A DNA stretch of 64,000 nucleotides from a bacterium. Lineage in GTDB: Bacteria > Sysuimicrobiota > Sysuimicrobiia > Sysuimicrobiales > Segetimicrobiaceae. The translations under genes were made by a program, and so were the position numbers. Positions within the stretch are counted from its first letter, which is position 1; each line of letters begins with the position of its first letter. This document shows positions 41,098 through 51,309 of the stretch, in pieces. The stretch is taken from assembly GCA_035308905.1 (NCBI GenBank), contig DATGFS010000030.1:139966-203965 (forward strand), in the 5' to 3' direction. The notes under the pieces are model-generated. The model was given only the letters and a program-made list of their open reading frames with translations, did not search any database and was not told where the DNA came from.

Positions 41098-42102
41098 TCA
41101 CCTCCCGCCGAAGAACGAGGGCAGCGGCATGTCGCGCATCGTGCGCAGGCCGGGGGGCGCCAGGAGGATCTTGGGGATCGTGTTGACGGCGATCGAGGCC
41201 GTCACCACGTCTCCGTGGAATCCGCCCTGCACCCGCGACGCGAGGTTCGGATGGCCGGTGATGGTCACCGCGTCGTACGACTCCGGCGCGCCCAGATACG
41301 CTTCCATGTGCAGCGTAATCAGAGGGGAACCGTTCTTCCCGTATCCGATGCCGTCTTGGATCAGACCGCAGACCTGGCCGGGCTGCACGGTAAGATACTC
41401 GCTGGCCACCCGGCTCTCGGCCACCTTGGGCGCGATCGTGTCGGTGATCTGGCCGAGCTTCCAGCCCAGCGCGTCGGCGATCATGGCGATGGACTCCGTC
41501 AGGCCGACGTGGCGGACGGTGCCGGCGGCGACGCGTTCCTCGAACGCGGCGACGCTGAGACCGGCCCCGATCTTCTGCTGAAACGGCAGCCGCCGGATGC
41601 CGGCGTCCTGGATCCGGTCGACGCGGACCGCTTCGACACGCTCGCAGGCGGCGGTCAGCACGATGGGCAGCGTATCCATAACGAAGCCGGGGTTGACGCC
41701 GGTGCCGACGACCGCCACCTTGGCTTTCCTGGCGAGCGCGTCAATCCGTTTCGCCAGCGGGCGGTTCGTGCGGTACGGGTAGGCCAATTCTTCCGTCGTC
41801 GAGACGATGGGGACGCGAAGCCTGAGCACCGTCTCGATCTGGGGCATCGCGGACCGGAGAGAACTCCGGGTACACAGCACCACGACATCGGGTTTGGACT
41901 TCCGGATCGCCGCGGCGGGATCGTCCGTCACCCGCACGCCGACCCTCCGGTCCAAGCCCGCGATGTCTCCGAGGTCCTTGCCCACCTTCGCGGGATCGAT
42001 GTCGATGCCGGCGACAACCTTGAAGCCCTTGCGGGCCGTGACCTGCCGGAGTATCCCGATGCCGATGGGGCCGAGCCCGTAGTGCGCGACACGAATGGCC
42101 AT
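41098..42102 (-). CDS. NAD(P)-dependent oxidoreductase, DapB-like / amine-dehydrogenase (2,4-diaminopentanoate dehydrogenase) family
   Basis: The 334-aa product has an N-terminal Rossmann fold (IRVAHYGLGPIGIGI) and a DapB-C-like domain. Confidence 0.65.
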   Translation of the reverse strand: MAIRVAHYGLGPIGIGILRQVTARKGFKVVAGIDIDPAKVGKDLGDIAGLDRRVGVRVTDDPAAAIRKSKPDVVVLCTRSSLRSAMPQIETVLRLRVPIVSTTEELAYPYRTNRPLAKRIDALARKAKVAVVGTGVNPGFVMDTLPIVLTAACERVEAVRVDRIQDAGIRRLPFQQKIGAGLSVAAFEERVAAGTVRHVGLTESIAMIADALGWKLGQITDTIAPKVAESRVASEYLTVQPGQVCGLIQDGIGYGKNGSPLITLHMEAYLGAPESYDAVTITGHPNLASRVQGGFHGDVVTASIAVNTIPKILLAPPGLRTMRDMPLPSFFGGR

Positions 42103-42246
42103 CTCCGACCACCCCCCGTGAATAATCCGTCACGGACGGTGCGCCGTCAAGAAACTCCACGCCGGCTTCAATTACATGGTGGCCGGCAGCGGAACGGACG
42201 GCAGGGTGTGCGCCGCCGGCGTCGGTGGGTCGTGCGCGCGCCGCTG

Positions 42247-42900
42247 TTAGTTGGGTCGATCCAAGCCGTGCGTGCGGCCGTATCCGGCGAGGGCCTTCCG
42301 CATCGCGCGGCGCCCGCGGAACAGCCGGCTCATCACGGTGCCGCGGGGGATGCCGAGCGTGTCGGCGATCTCTTGATAACTGAAGCCCTCGAGGTCGGCG
42401 AGCACTACGCACGCCCGGAAGACCTCCGGCAGCTTCATCAGCGCATCGCGGACCTCCGCCTCCATCACCGTGTCGGCCACGAGGGTCTCCGGCGTCTCGT
42501 GCACGACGAACGCGGGATCCTGTCCCTCCATCTCGTCCACGGTCGGCACGGTGCGCGTCGTCGCGCGGTAGCGGTCGATGTGCGCATTGTGGAGGATCCG
42601 GAACAGCCACGCCTTCGGGTTGGTGCCGGCGCGGTAGGTGTGCAGCGACCGCCACGCGCGCAGAAACGTCTCCTGTACGAGGTCCTCGGCGTCCTGAGGC
42701 CGGCCCGTCAGCCGCAGCGCGGTGCGGTACAACGCGTCGAGGTGGGCTTTTACCATCTCCTCGAGCAGCGCCGCTTCCGGCGAGACCCGGGTGTCCGGGA
42801 TCGACGGCGCAGGATTGCCGAGCCGTCCGCGCGGCAGCAGCGTCCGTACCACGTCGTTCTGGTTCGTCTGCGCTTCGCGTACTTGTTCCACGATGTTCAC
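42247..42900 (-). CDS. ECF (sigma-70 family) RNA polymerase sigma factor
   Basis: The 217-aa product has region 2 (DAEDLVQETFLRAWRSLHTYR) and region 4 (SYQEIADTLGIPRGTVMSRLFRGRRAMR). Its ATG overlaps the TetR stop (ATGA). Confidence 0.85.
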   Translation of the reverse strand: MNIVEQVREAQTNQNDVVRTLLPRGRLGNPAPSIPDTRVSPEAALLEEMVKAHLDALYRTALRLTGRPQDAEDLVQETFLRAWRSLHTYRAGTNPKAWLFRILHNAHIDRYRATTRTVPTVDEMEGQDPAFVVHETPETLVADTVMEAEVRDALMKLPEVFRACVVLADLEGFSYQEIADTLGIPRGTVMSRLFRGRRAMRKALAGYGRTHGLDRPN

Positions 42901-43484
42901 CTGCTCTCGAGAAGTATCAGCGTCGCCTGCGCCGCCCGCACCGGACCCGCGTGACCGTAGGCCTTGCTGAGCAGCACGGCGCCTTCAACCTGGCTCACCA
43001 GCGCGGTCGCGATCCGGTCGACGTCGAGGTCGGACCGGAACTCGCCGCTGCGGACGCCGTCGTGAAGGCAGACCACAACGGCCGCCTCCCAGCGCCGGAA
43101 CAGCCCGCTCAATCGCTCGCGAAACTTTGGATGATCACCGGCGAGCTCGGCGGCGAGATTCCCGAAGGGACACCCCCGCCGGCAGGCGTCGGCTTCGAGC
43201 CCGTCGGTGATCGCCGCGAGAAACTGTTCGAGGCGCTGCCGGGCCGGACGCCGCCTATCTTGAAGCGTTCCCTCGATCGCGCTTACACGAAACCGCTCGG
43301 CCAGGTGGTCGAGCACCACAAGTCCCAACTCTTCCTTACTGGCGAAATGGTAGTACAGATTGCTGCGGCACACCCCGCTCGCGGCGATGATCTCGTCGAG
43401 GGACGTCGGCTGGAAGCCGCGCTCATGAAACAGCCGCGCCGCGGCCTCTAGGATACGCTCCCGATTGCCACAATCTCGTTTCAT
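42897..43484 (-). CDS. TetR/AcrR-family transcriptional regulator
   Basis: The product has an N-terminal HTH (RERILEAAARLFHERGFQPTSLDEIIAASGVCRSNLYYHFASKEEL) and is translationally coupled to the downstream ECF sigma gene. Confidence 0.85.
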   Translation of the reverse strand: MKRDCGNRERILEAAARLFHERGFQPTSLDEIIAASGVCRSNLYYHFASKEELGLVVLDHLAERFRVSAIEGTLQDRRRPARQRLEQFLAAITDGLEADACRRGCPFGNLAAELAGDHPKFRERLSGLFRRWEAAVVVCLHDGVRSGEFRSDLDVDRIATALVSQVEGAVLLSKAYGHAGPVRAAQATLILLESR

Positions 43485-43525
43485 TGTCCCCGGCGTCCGC
43501 GTGCCGCCCACGCCGATCGTGCCTC

Positions 43526-43562
43526 CCTAGGACCATTCGAACCTAGGACTGATCCGTCCTAG
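43526..43562. promoter_or_regulatory. Candidate TetR operator: a CCTAGGAC direct repeat plus the perfect 7-bp-arm palindrome CTAGGACtgatccGTCCTAG, in the divergent TetR / lipoprotein intergenic region
   Basis: Seen directly in cctaggaccattcgaacctaggactgatccgtcctag. TetR regulators commonly bind palindromes in their own divergent promoter region. Confidence 0.4.
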
Positions 43563-43615
43563 TCAATCTTAAGTGTTCGCCTAAACAATGTCAACGGTCG
43601 CTGCCAGGCGCAGAG

Positions 43616-44785
43616 TTGTGCTATCGTGGGCGATGTCCGATGAGAGCCTGGCGATCCGGCCTTCTGCCTGCGGTAATGACGGCCCTGGCCCTAGTTGCAG
43701 GTTGCACCCGACCCCTCACCACCCGTCCCGCCGGCCCGCACCCTGGACCAAGCGGTGCCCGGCCGCCGGCCGCGGCGCCGGCGCCATCCGTCTCCTCGCT
43801 GCCCTGGGGGAGCCGGGAGCCGAACAAGTACCTGCCCGCCGACGTCCTCATCGCGGATGCCGCGAACAACCGCATCCTGCTCGTCACGCCGGACAAGCAC
43901 ATCGTCTGGCAGATGCCCGAGACCGGGCAACCCTCCCCGCTTCGGGACGACGATGACGTGTTCTTCGGACCGCACTGGGACGAAATCATCACGAACGAAG
44001 AGGACCATCATCTCATCTCGATCATCGACTTCAAGACGCGCAGGATCGTCTGGTCCTACGGACATCCCGGGGTGCCCGGGACCGCACCGGGGTTCCTGAA
44101 CACCCCGGACGACGCGTTTCTCTACGATCGGGACGGCGGCCTGATCACGGTGGCGGACATCAAGAATCAGCGGATCCTGTTCATCGACCGCGGGACGAAG
44201 CGCATCGTCAAACAGTACGGGCACACCGGCGTCATGCGGATCGCCCCGCCGGCTTACTTCTCAGCCCCAAACGGCGACTTTCCCGCCCCGGACGGCGGCA
44301 TGCTCGTCACGCAGATCAACGGGAACGACGCGATCCTGCTCGACCGCGACGGCCGGGTCGTCTGGACGCTGCGTTTTCCTGGGACCCTCTCGTATCCGTC
44401 CGACGCCAACTTCACGCCGGACGGCAACGTGATCTGCGCCTTCTATACAAATCCCGGCGCCGTGGTGTTGATGTCGCCCGCCGGCACGCTCTTGTGGCGG
44501 TACCGCGTCCTCTCGGGCGAGGGCCGGCTGAACCATCCGTCGCTCGCCGTGCAGCTGCCCAACCGCATGGTGCTGCTCAACGACGATTTCAACCACCGCG
44601 TCATCGTGATCGACCCGCAGACGAACAAGATCGTGTGGCAGTATGGACACACCGGAGTCCCGGGCAGCGCGCCCGGTTATCTCAACGTCCCCGACGGCGT
44701 GGACGTCCTGCCCGCGGGGGTTACGCCCGGGGTCCGCGGTTCGATCGGACGCCACCTCTGGAGCTACCCGGGCAACGGCTACTAA
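43616..44785 (+). CDS. Secreted lipoprotein with NHL/PQQ-like beta-propeller repeats
   Basis: The product has a signal peptide and lipobox (AVMTALALVAGC). A motif of the form I(V)W.YGH.GV.G.APG.LN.PD recurs about every 45-90 aa. Confidence 0.65.
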   Translation: MCYRGRCPMRAWRSGLLPAVMTALALVAGCTRPLTTRPAGPHPGPSGARPPAAAPAPSVSSLPWGSREPNKYLPADVLIADAANNRILLVTPDKHIVWQMPETGQPSPLRDDDDVFFGPHWDEIITNEEDHHLISIIDFKTRRIVWSYGHPGVPGTAPGFLNTPDDAFLYDRDGGLITVADIKNQRILFIDRGTKRIVKQYGHTGVMRIAPPAYFSAPNGDFPAPDGGMLVTQINGNDAILLDRDGRVVWTLRFPGTLSYPSDANFTPDGNVICAFYTNPGAVVLMSPAGTLLWRYRVLSGEGRLNHPSLAVQLPNRMVLLNDDFNHRVIVIDPQTNKIVWQYGHTGVPGSAPGYLNVPDGVDVLPAGVTPGVRGSIGRHLWSYPGNGY

Positions 44786-45381
44786 GGCACCGGGCGGCGG
44801 CCGGCCAGCACCGCGTCCACCGCGCGGCGCCAGACCGCGGGATCGAGCTGCTCGCCGGGGAACTTGCCCTGGATCCGTCCGTCCGCGTCGATGAAGAACG
44901 TCTCGGGCACCCCCGTCGTCCCAAACAGCCGGCCCACGCTGCCGTCGGGATCGCGCAGGTTGAGGTACGTCACTTTGTACTGGGCGAGAAACGCGCGCGC
45001 GGGGGATTCGAGATCCTGCGTATCCACCCCCACGACGAGCAGGCCGCGGGACCGGTAGTCGCGCGCCACGCCGCTGAGCAGCGGGGCTTCTTCCCGGCAC
45101 GGCACGCACCACGACGCCCAAAAGTTGAGGACCACCGCGTGGCCCCGCAGATCGCGCAGCGCCACCGCGCGCGGCGCGGCCGCGCCGGCCTGCGGCCGAA
45201 CCGCGTCCCCCGCCGGCAGGCTCTGCAGCACCAACGCCGGCACGGGCGGCGTCTCTCCGCGGGCGAGGGCCGCCCCGATCGCGAGGGCGCGATCGCGGCG
45301 CACGGACGCGGCGGCGAGAAGCGCCACCAAGGCCACGACCGGCAGCAGCAGCGCGGCCCAGCGGCCCAAGCCGCGGCTCAC
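44782..45381 (-). CDS. TlpA/ResA-like thiol:disulfide oxidoreductase (thioredoxin fold; N-terminal TM anchor)
   Basis: The product has a single TM helix (WAALLLPVVALVALLAAA) and a redoxin domain with WCVPC (VVLNFWASWCVPCREEAP). The GTG start at 45381 forms a GTGA overlap with the stop of the upstream gene. Confidence 0.8.
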   Translation of the reverse strand: MSRGLGRWAALLLPVVALVALLAAASVRRDRALAIGAALARGETPPVPALVLQSLPAGDAVRPQAGAAAPRAVALRDLRGHAVVLNFWASWCVPCREEAPLLSGVARDYRSRGLLVVGVDTQDLESPARAFLAQYKVTYLNLRDPDGSVGRLFGTTGVPETFFIDADGRIQGKFPGEQLDPAVWRRAVDAVLAGRRPVP

Positions 45382-46637
45382 GGCGCCGCCGTCATGGCGG
45401 TCCGCGGCGACTGCGCGCTCACGAGCCCCAACGCGTGCAGCGCGTACACGTAGAAGGCGGCATTCCAGACGAACGGCACCTCGGACGAATAGAACCGGCG
45501 CATCAGCGGAATCCCGGCCGGCAGGTACACCTCGTTGACCGCTCCGCTGCGCACGTACCACTTGCCGATCCGCTCGAGATCCCGCACCGCGCCCTCGCGA
45601 TCGCCGAGCCGCGCCTTGTTGACCGCGTTGAGCGAGCCGAGCCACGGCCAGATGAGCGTGCGGTGGTAGTCGGGAATGCCCGCCAGATAGTACATCGGAT
45701 ACACCTGCCACCACGGATAGACGGGATCGCAGGTGCGAAGCGGCGTGCCGGCGTCGAGGCCGCGCGCGGCGATGTAGGCAAGAATGCGCCGCGCCTGTTC
45801 GTCGGTCGCCGCGCCGAAGAAGACCGCGGCGACGTTGCCGTCGGACGAAAACGCGCCGCGGCGCGGACCGTGCACCCAATCGACGAAGTAGTCGCCGTTC
45901 CAGAAAACCGACTGCAGACGCGACGCCACGGCGTCCGCCGCCTGCGACGCGCGGCCTCCCGCCTCCGGGTCGCCGAGCGCCCGGGCCAGCGCCGCGAACG
46001 CGCGCAGCGCCGCATAGTACAGCACGTTGATATTGAAGACCTTGGTGCGCTTCATGATCGAATCCATCCAGTCCGCGAGGTAGTGCGTCTCGAGCAGGCC
46101 GTCCTCGTCGCGGTCCTGCGTGCGCAGCCAGCCGAGCACCCGGTCCGCGGCGGGCAGGAGCCGTTCGCACACCCCGCCCTCGTTGGTCCGAAGAAAATAC
46201 TCGTGCACCGCCAGCACGTAGACCGCCGCCGTATCGACGGGATCGCGGAAGATCCCCCCCGCGCGACCGACCACTTTCGGGCGGCTGCGCAGCGTGTTGT
46301 AGCCGCTGAGGTGGTGGCCCACAAATTCGACGCGGACGGGGATGCTGCCGGACGACGGCTGGTAGCGCGCAAACATCTCGAGCTGCGCCCGGGCCTGCGC
46401 CGCGTCGCCGAGCGCCAGGGCGCCGAACACGGCCCACAGCCCGTCGCGCGCCCAATAGGCGTTGAATTTGAGCCGGCCCGCCACGATGCCGTCGGGATTG
46501 TAGCACGCGCGCAGATCGCGTACGGCGATGCGGTAGGCATGCAACAGCGTCTCGGTCCGGTCCGCGCTCCCGGCCGGCACCTGACCGGCGCCACTATCAT
46601 CAGCGCCGGCCGCGCCGGCCTGATCGTCTGCCATCAT
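45378..46637 (-). CDS. Six-hairpin glycoside hydrolase, amylo-alpha-1,6-glucosidase (GDE_C)-like
   Basis: The product has an (alpha/alpha)6-barrel glycosidase pattern (YNPDGIVAGRLKFNAYWARDG...HEYF...DGLLE...YYLAG). The start could be either the ATG at 46637 or the one at 46718. Confidence 0.65.
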   Translation of the reverse strand: MMADDQAGAAGADDSGAGQVPAGSADRTETLLHAYRIAVRDLRACYNPDGIVAGRLKFNAYWARDGLWAVFGALALGDAAQARAQLEMFARYQPSSGSIPVRVEFVGHHLSGYNTLRSRPKVVGRAGGIFRDPVDTAAVYVLAVHEYFLRTNEGGVCERLLPAADRVLGWLRTQDRDEDGLLETHYLADWMDSIMKRTKVFNINVLYYAALRAFAALARALGDPEAGGRASQAADAVASRLQSVFWNGDYFVDWVHGPRRGAFSSDGNVAAVFFGAATDEQARRILAYIAARGLDAGTPLRTCDPVYPWWQVYPMYYLAGIPDYHRTLIWPWLGSLNAVNKARLGDREGAVRDLERIGKWYVRSGAVNEVYLPAGIPLMRRFYSSEVPFVWNAAFYVYALHALGLVSAQSPRTAMTAAP

Positions 46638-46717
46638 CTCCGCTGAAGGGGTTCGGATGGGTACGAGACGGGCCCTCCCTCGCTCGGACGAGTAGGCGGC
46701 GGAGCCGGGGCCGGCCA

Positions 46718-46913
46718 TTGACAGTGTCTCCCGCGCATGCTACAGTTTGCTCCCGTCTCGACGAGGGCGATCCGCAAGGCCCGGACGCGGTTTACAAGAG
46801 TACGACACAGTTCGGGCCCAAAGCGCGGATGCGTCCCTAGGGCGGGGATATCGGCGGCTGTGACAGCCAAGAGCGAGCGTGCACTCGCACTCGGCGGCGG
46901 CCGCCGATCGTTT
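46718..46913 (+). ncRNA. Candidate small RNA transcription unit: near-consensus sigma-70 promoter (TTGACA-17-TACAGT, 46718-46746) and an intrinsic terminator (hairpin 46890-46906 plus U-tract), about 160 nt
   Basis: Seen directly. The -35 TTGACA and -10 TACAGT are separated by exactly 17 nt. The hairpin TCGGCG-loop-CGCCGA is followed by TCGTTTT. The unit has no coding potential and is antisense to the 5' leader of the glycosidase gene. Confidence 0.3.
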
Positions 46914-46945
46914 TGGGCGCGCCCCGGCGAACGCGCGCACGGATC

Positions 46946-47644
46946 CTAGGGCGGCCCGGCCGGACGGGCGTAGTGGAACCCGGTCGGCGCGTCCGACGGC
47001 GGGACGTCGAGGTGGGCCGATCGCGAGATCGTCACGTTGAGCCCAACGCCGTCGAGACCGTCCACGATCCCGCCCCGCACGAGGAGCGCGCCTTCGAGCG
47101 TCGCGGGGTCGCCGATCGCCACGATCTTGAAGGGGTCGCGCAGCACCCACCGGCGGACCCGCACGCCGCCCCGAGCCGCGGCGAAACCCTCCACGGCCAG
47201 GACCCGCACCCCGTTTACGGACATCGCCTCCGCACCGGCGGCCCACAGTTCGTTCACCACCGCGGAGAGATCCTGAGCCTGCGGCGTGACCACGCGCCGC
47301 GGCGAGGCGGCCACCGTCACGACGAGGCCGGGGCCCCCGACCGGCTGGCGGCCGAGCACGAACGACAGGTCGGTCACCTCGCGCCGCATTTGCGCGGTCA
47401 TGCTCTCGCCGCCGGCCTCCGCTGTGCGATAGTCGTCGAGCTTCTTTCGAAGAGACGCCAGTTCGTCGCGCAGGCTGCGATCCGCCTCTTGCTGCCGGCG
47501 CAGCAGCACGCTGAGATCCTCGAGGCGCCGCGATGGAAGCGCCGCGCCGGCCCTCAACGCCTGGTTGGCGCGAATCTGCAGGACGAACAGAAACCCCGCC
47601 AACAGCAGCAGAATCGCGAAACCGACCTGCCACTGCCGCTTCAC
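46946..47644 (-). CDS. DUF881-domain protein (membrane-anchored, coiled-coil; cell-division/sporulation-associated family in Gram-positives)
   Basis: The 232-aa product has an N-terminal TM helix, a coiled coil, and a C-terminal domain (GPGLVVTVAA...DLSAVVNELWAAGAEAMSVNGVRV) typical of DUF881. Confidence 0.7.
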   Translation of the reverse strand: MKRQWQVGFAILLLLAGFLFVLQIRANQALRAGAALPSRRLEDLSVLLRRQQEADRSLRDELASLRKKLDDYRTAEAGGESMTAQMRREVTDLSFVLGRQPVGGPGLVVTVAASPRRVVTPQAQDLSAVVNELWAAGAEAMSVNGVRVLAVEGFAAARGGVRVRRWVLRDPFKIVAIGDPATLEGALLVRGGIVDGLDGVGLNVTISRSAHLDVPPSDAPTGFHYARPAGPP

Positions 47645-47846
47645 CTGCTCTCTCCCACTGCAGCGTCATATGAATACGGCCCCACCGCATGGGAGTTGAC
47701 CATCTCCCAGGCAACGGGGTCCACGTATAGCTGATAACGGGAGAAAAACCGTGAAATCTCAAGCATTGACGATATAATACGCTAAAATTGGGCTTTTCTT
47801 CAATCTCATGTTCTTGATATGGCACGCTAATCTTACGAGAATGTAG

Positions 47847-49541
<1,695 letters not shown>

Positions 49542-49635
49542 GATCGCCGGACGCCGCGGGCAGGCGGCGGAAGGTGCGGGTGGCGACGAGGCCGGGGCGA
49601 ACGCCCCGGCCTCGTCGCCGTCAGACCGCGGGATT

Positions 49636-49851
49636 TCACGACTCCGTCACTTCGACCTCGGCCGCCCGCAGCATCCGGCCCATCTGCTGGTTCGCGCGGC
49701 CGGCCACCAGGACAACCATCGTGCCGTACCGCGGATCCACCACCTGCACGACCGCGGGCGCGTCGAGTCCGGGCGCGCGAACCTTGTCACCGACCCGGAT
49801 CGGCCGCCCCTGCCGATCGGTCATCTGCGCTGCCGCCGGCACCGCCATCTC
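49636..49851 (-). CDS. Hypothetical small protein (71 aa)
   Basis: The product is MAVPAAAQMTDRQGRPIRVGDKVRAPGLDAPAVVQVVDPRYGTMVVLVAGRANQQMGRMLRAAEVEVTES. It is convergent with groEL, has no recognised family, and could be spurious. Confidence 0.3.
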   Translation of the reverse strand, partial: EMAVPAAAQMTDRQGRPIRVGDKVRAPGLDAPAVVQVVDPRYGTMVVLVAGRANQQMGRMLRAAEVEVTES

Positions 49852-49876
49852 ATGCCCCCTCCCCTGTTCCCCGGCT

Positions 49877-50677
49877 CTACGGCCGGTGATACCGATTCCC
49901 TTCGCGCCTGGCGCGTCCTTCCCGCACAAGCTTCAACAGATGGGCCCGCACCGTGTTCTCGGCGGCGGGATGCAGCGCGGGATCCAGATCCCGGTAGATC
50001 ACGCCGACGATCTCGCCGGGCGTCCGCGCGCCGCCGGCCAGCGCGTCGAGCACCTGCCCTTCGCGCATGCGCCGATGGGCCAGGTACTCGGCCACACGCG
50101 CGGCCGGATCCTCGATCAGCGGTCCGTGTCCGGGGGCGATCAGCACGAGGTCGAGCCGCGCGACCCGTTCGAGGGACGCGAGATATTCCTCGAGCGCGCG
50201 CTCCCGCGGCTCCAAGACGACCGTCCCGGCGCCCAGGATGAGGTCGCCGGAAAACAACACCCGCTCCGCGGCCCAGTAGAACGCGACATGGTCGGCCGCG
50301 TGGCCGGGCGTGTGCAGCGCGCGCAGCGCGACGCCGCCCTCTTCCACCGTCTCGCCGTCCGCGAGCGGGGCGCCGCCCCCTTCCCACCGCCGGATCGGCG
50401 CGCTCCCGCCCGACGCGGCCGCGAGCGCCGCGGCGGCGCCGAGGTGGTCGCGGTGACCGTGGGTGACGAGGATCAACGCGACGTCTCCGCCGCCGGCGCG
50501 CGCACCCTCGAGCACCGCGTTCACGTGCGCCGGATCGTCGGGTCCGGGATCGACGACAATGACGCGATCCCGTCCGGCCAGGTACGTATTGGTGCCGTCG
50601 AGCGTGAACGCTGACGAGTTGGCGGCGGTGACGGTGCGAAACGCGGGCCGAAACGGTAACGCGGGCGTCGAGGCCAT
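49877..50677 (-). CDS. MBL-fold metallo-hydrolase (hydroxyacylglutathione-hydrolase-like)
   Basis: The 266-aa product has the metal-binding motif (LVTHGHRDHLG) and HTPGHAADH. Confidence 0.8.
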   Translation of the reverse strand: MASTPALPFRPAFRTVTAANSSAFTLDGTNTYLAGRDRVIVVDPGPDDPAHVNAVLEGARAGGGDVALILVTHGHRDHLGAAAALAAASGGSAPIRRWEGGGAPLADGETVEEGGVALRALHTPGHAADHVAFYWAAERVLFSGDLILGAGTVVLEPRERALEEYLASLERVARLDLVLIAPGHGPLIEDPAARVAEYLAHRRMREGQVLDALAGGARTPGEIVGVIYRDLDPALHPAAENTVRAHLLKLVREGRARREGNRYHRP

Positions 50678-50806
50678 GGACAGGAAGCGAAATTCGGATC
50701 GGCACCGGCGCATCCCTGCCGCGGCCGATAAAACGCCGCTCCTCAGGGGAAAGACGGCAACTGAGGCTCTACTGGACGTAGTCATCGCCAGGAGGTGACA
50801 GAATCG

Positions 50807-51181
50807 ATGAGACTGTTCCAGGTGGGACTGGTCGCGGCGGCCGTCGCGATCTCGGCGTCGACGGCGTTTGCCCAGCCGACTGTTGAAGGTCAGGTTCAGA
50901 CGATCACCATCCACTGCTTCGGCGCGGTGCCCGATACGTGCTCGGGCGTCGTCGACGTCTCGACCGGAGCAGGATCCGGGTACATCACGCGCATCTTCAT
51001 CCCCACCGGCGCCCGGATCGGGTACGGCAGCGCGCGCGTGCCGGTGACCGCGATCGAGGCCGGCGATCGCGTACGGATCGACTACACGGCGTCGGACTCG
51101 GGCAATACGGCCACGGCCGCGACCATCCTCGTGAAACCCGGAGCAAGCCCGTCGAGTGACGACCGGCAATCAGGGATGTAG
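50807..51181 (+). CDS. Small secreted hypothetical protein
   Basis: The product has a signal peptide (MRLFQVGLVAAAVAISASTAFAQ). AGGAGG lies 10 nt upstream of the ATG. Two Cys in the mature protein could form a disulfide. Confidence 0.5.
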   Translation: MRLFQVGLVAAAVAISASTAFAQPTVEGQVQTITIHCFGAVPDTCSGVVDVSTGAGSGYITRIFIPTGARIGYGSARVPVTAIEAGDRVRIDYTASDSGNTATAATILVKPGASPSSDDRQSGM

Positions 51182-51309
51182 CGCCTCGTGCCGGGCGCGG
51201 CCTTCGGCCGCCTCCGGCACGACAGCCTCACGGCCGGTGCCCGCGCCCTACGGCGCGGGCACCGGCGCGTCCGGGCCACGATCGCAGGCGCCGTTGCGGC
51301 GCCGGGCGA

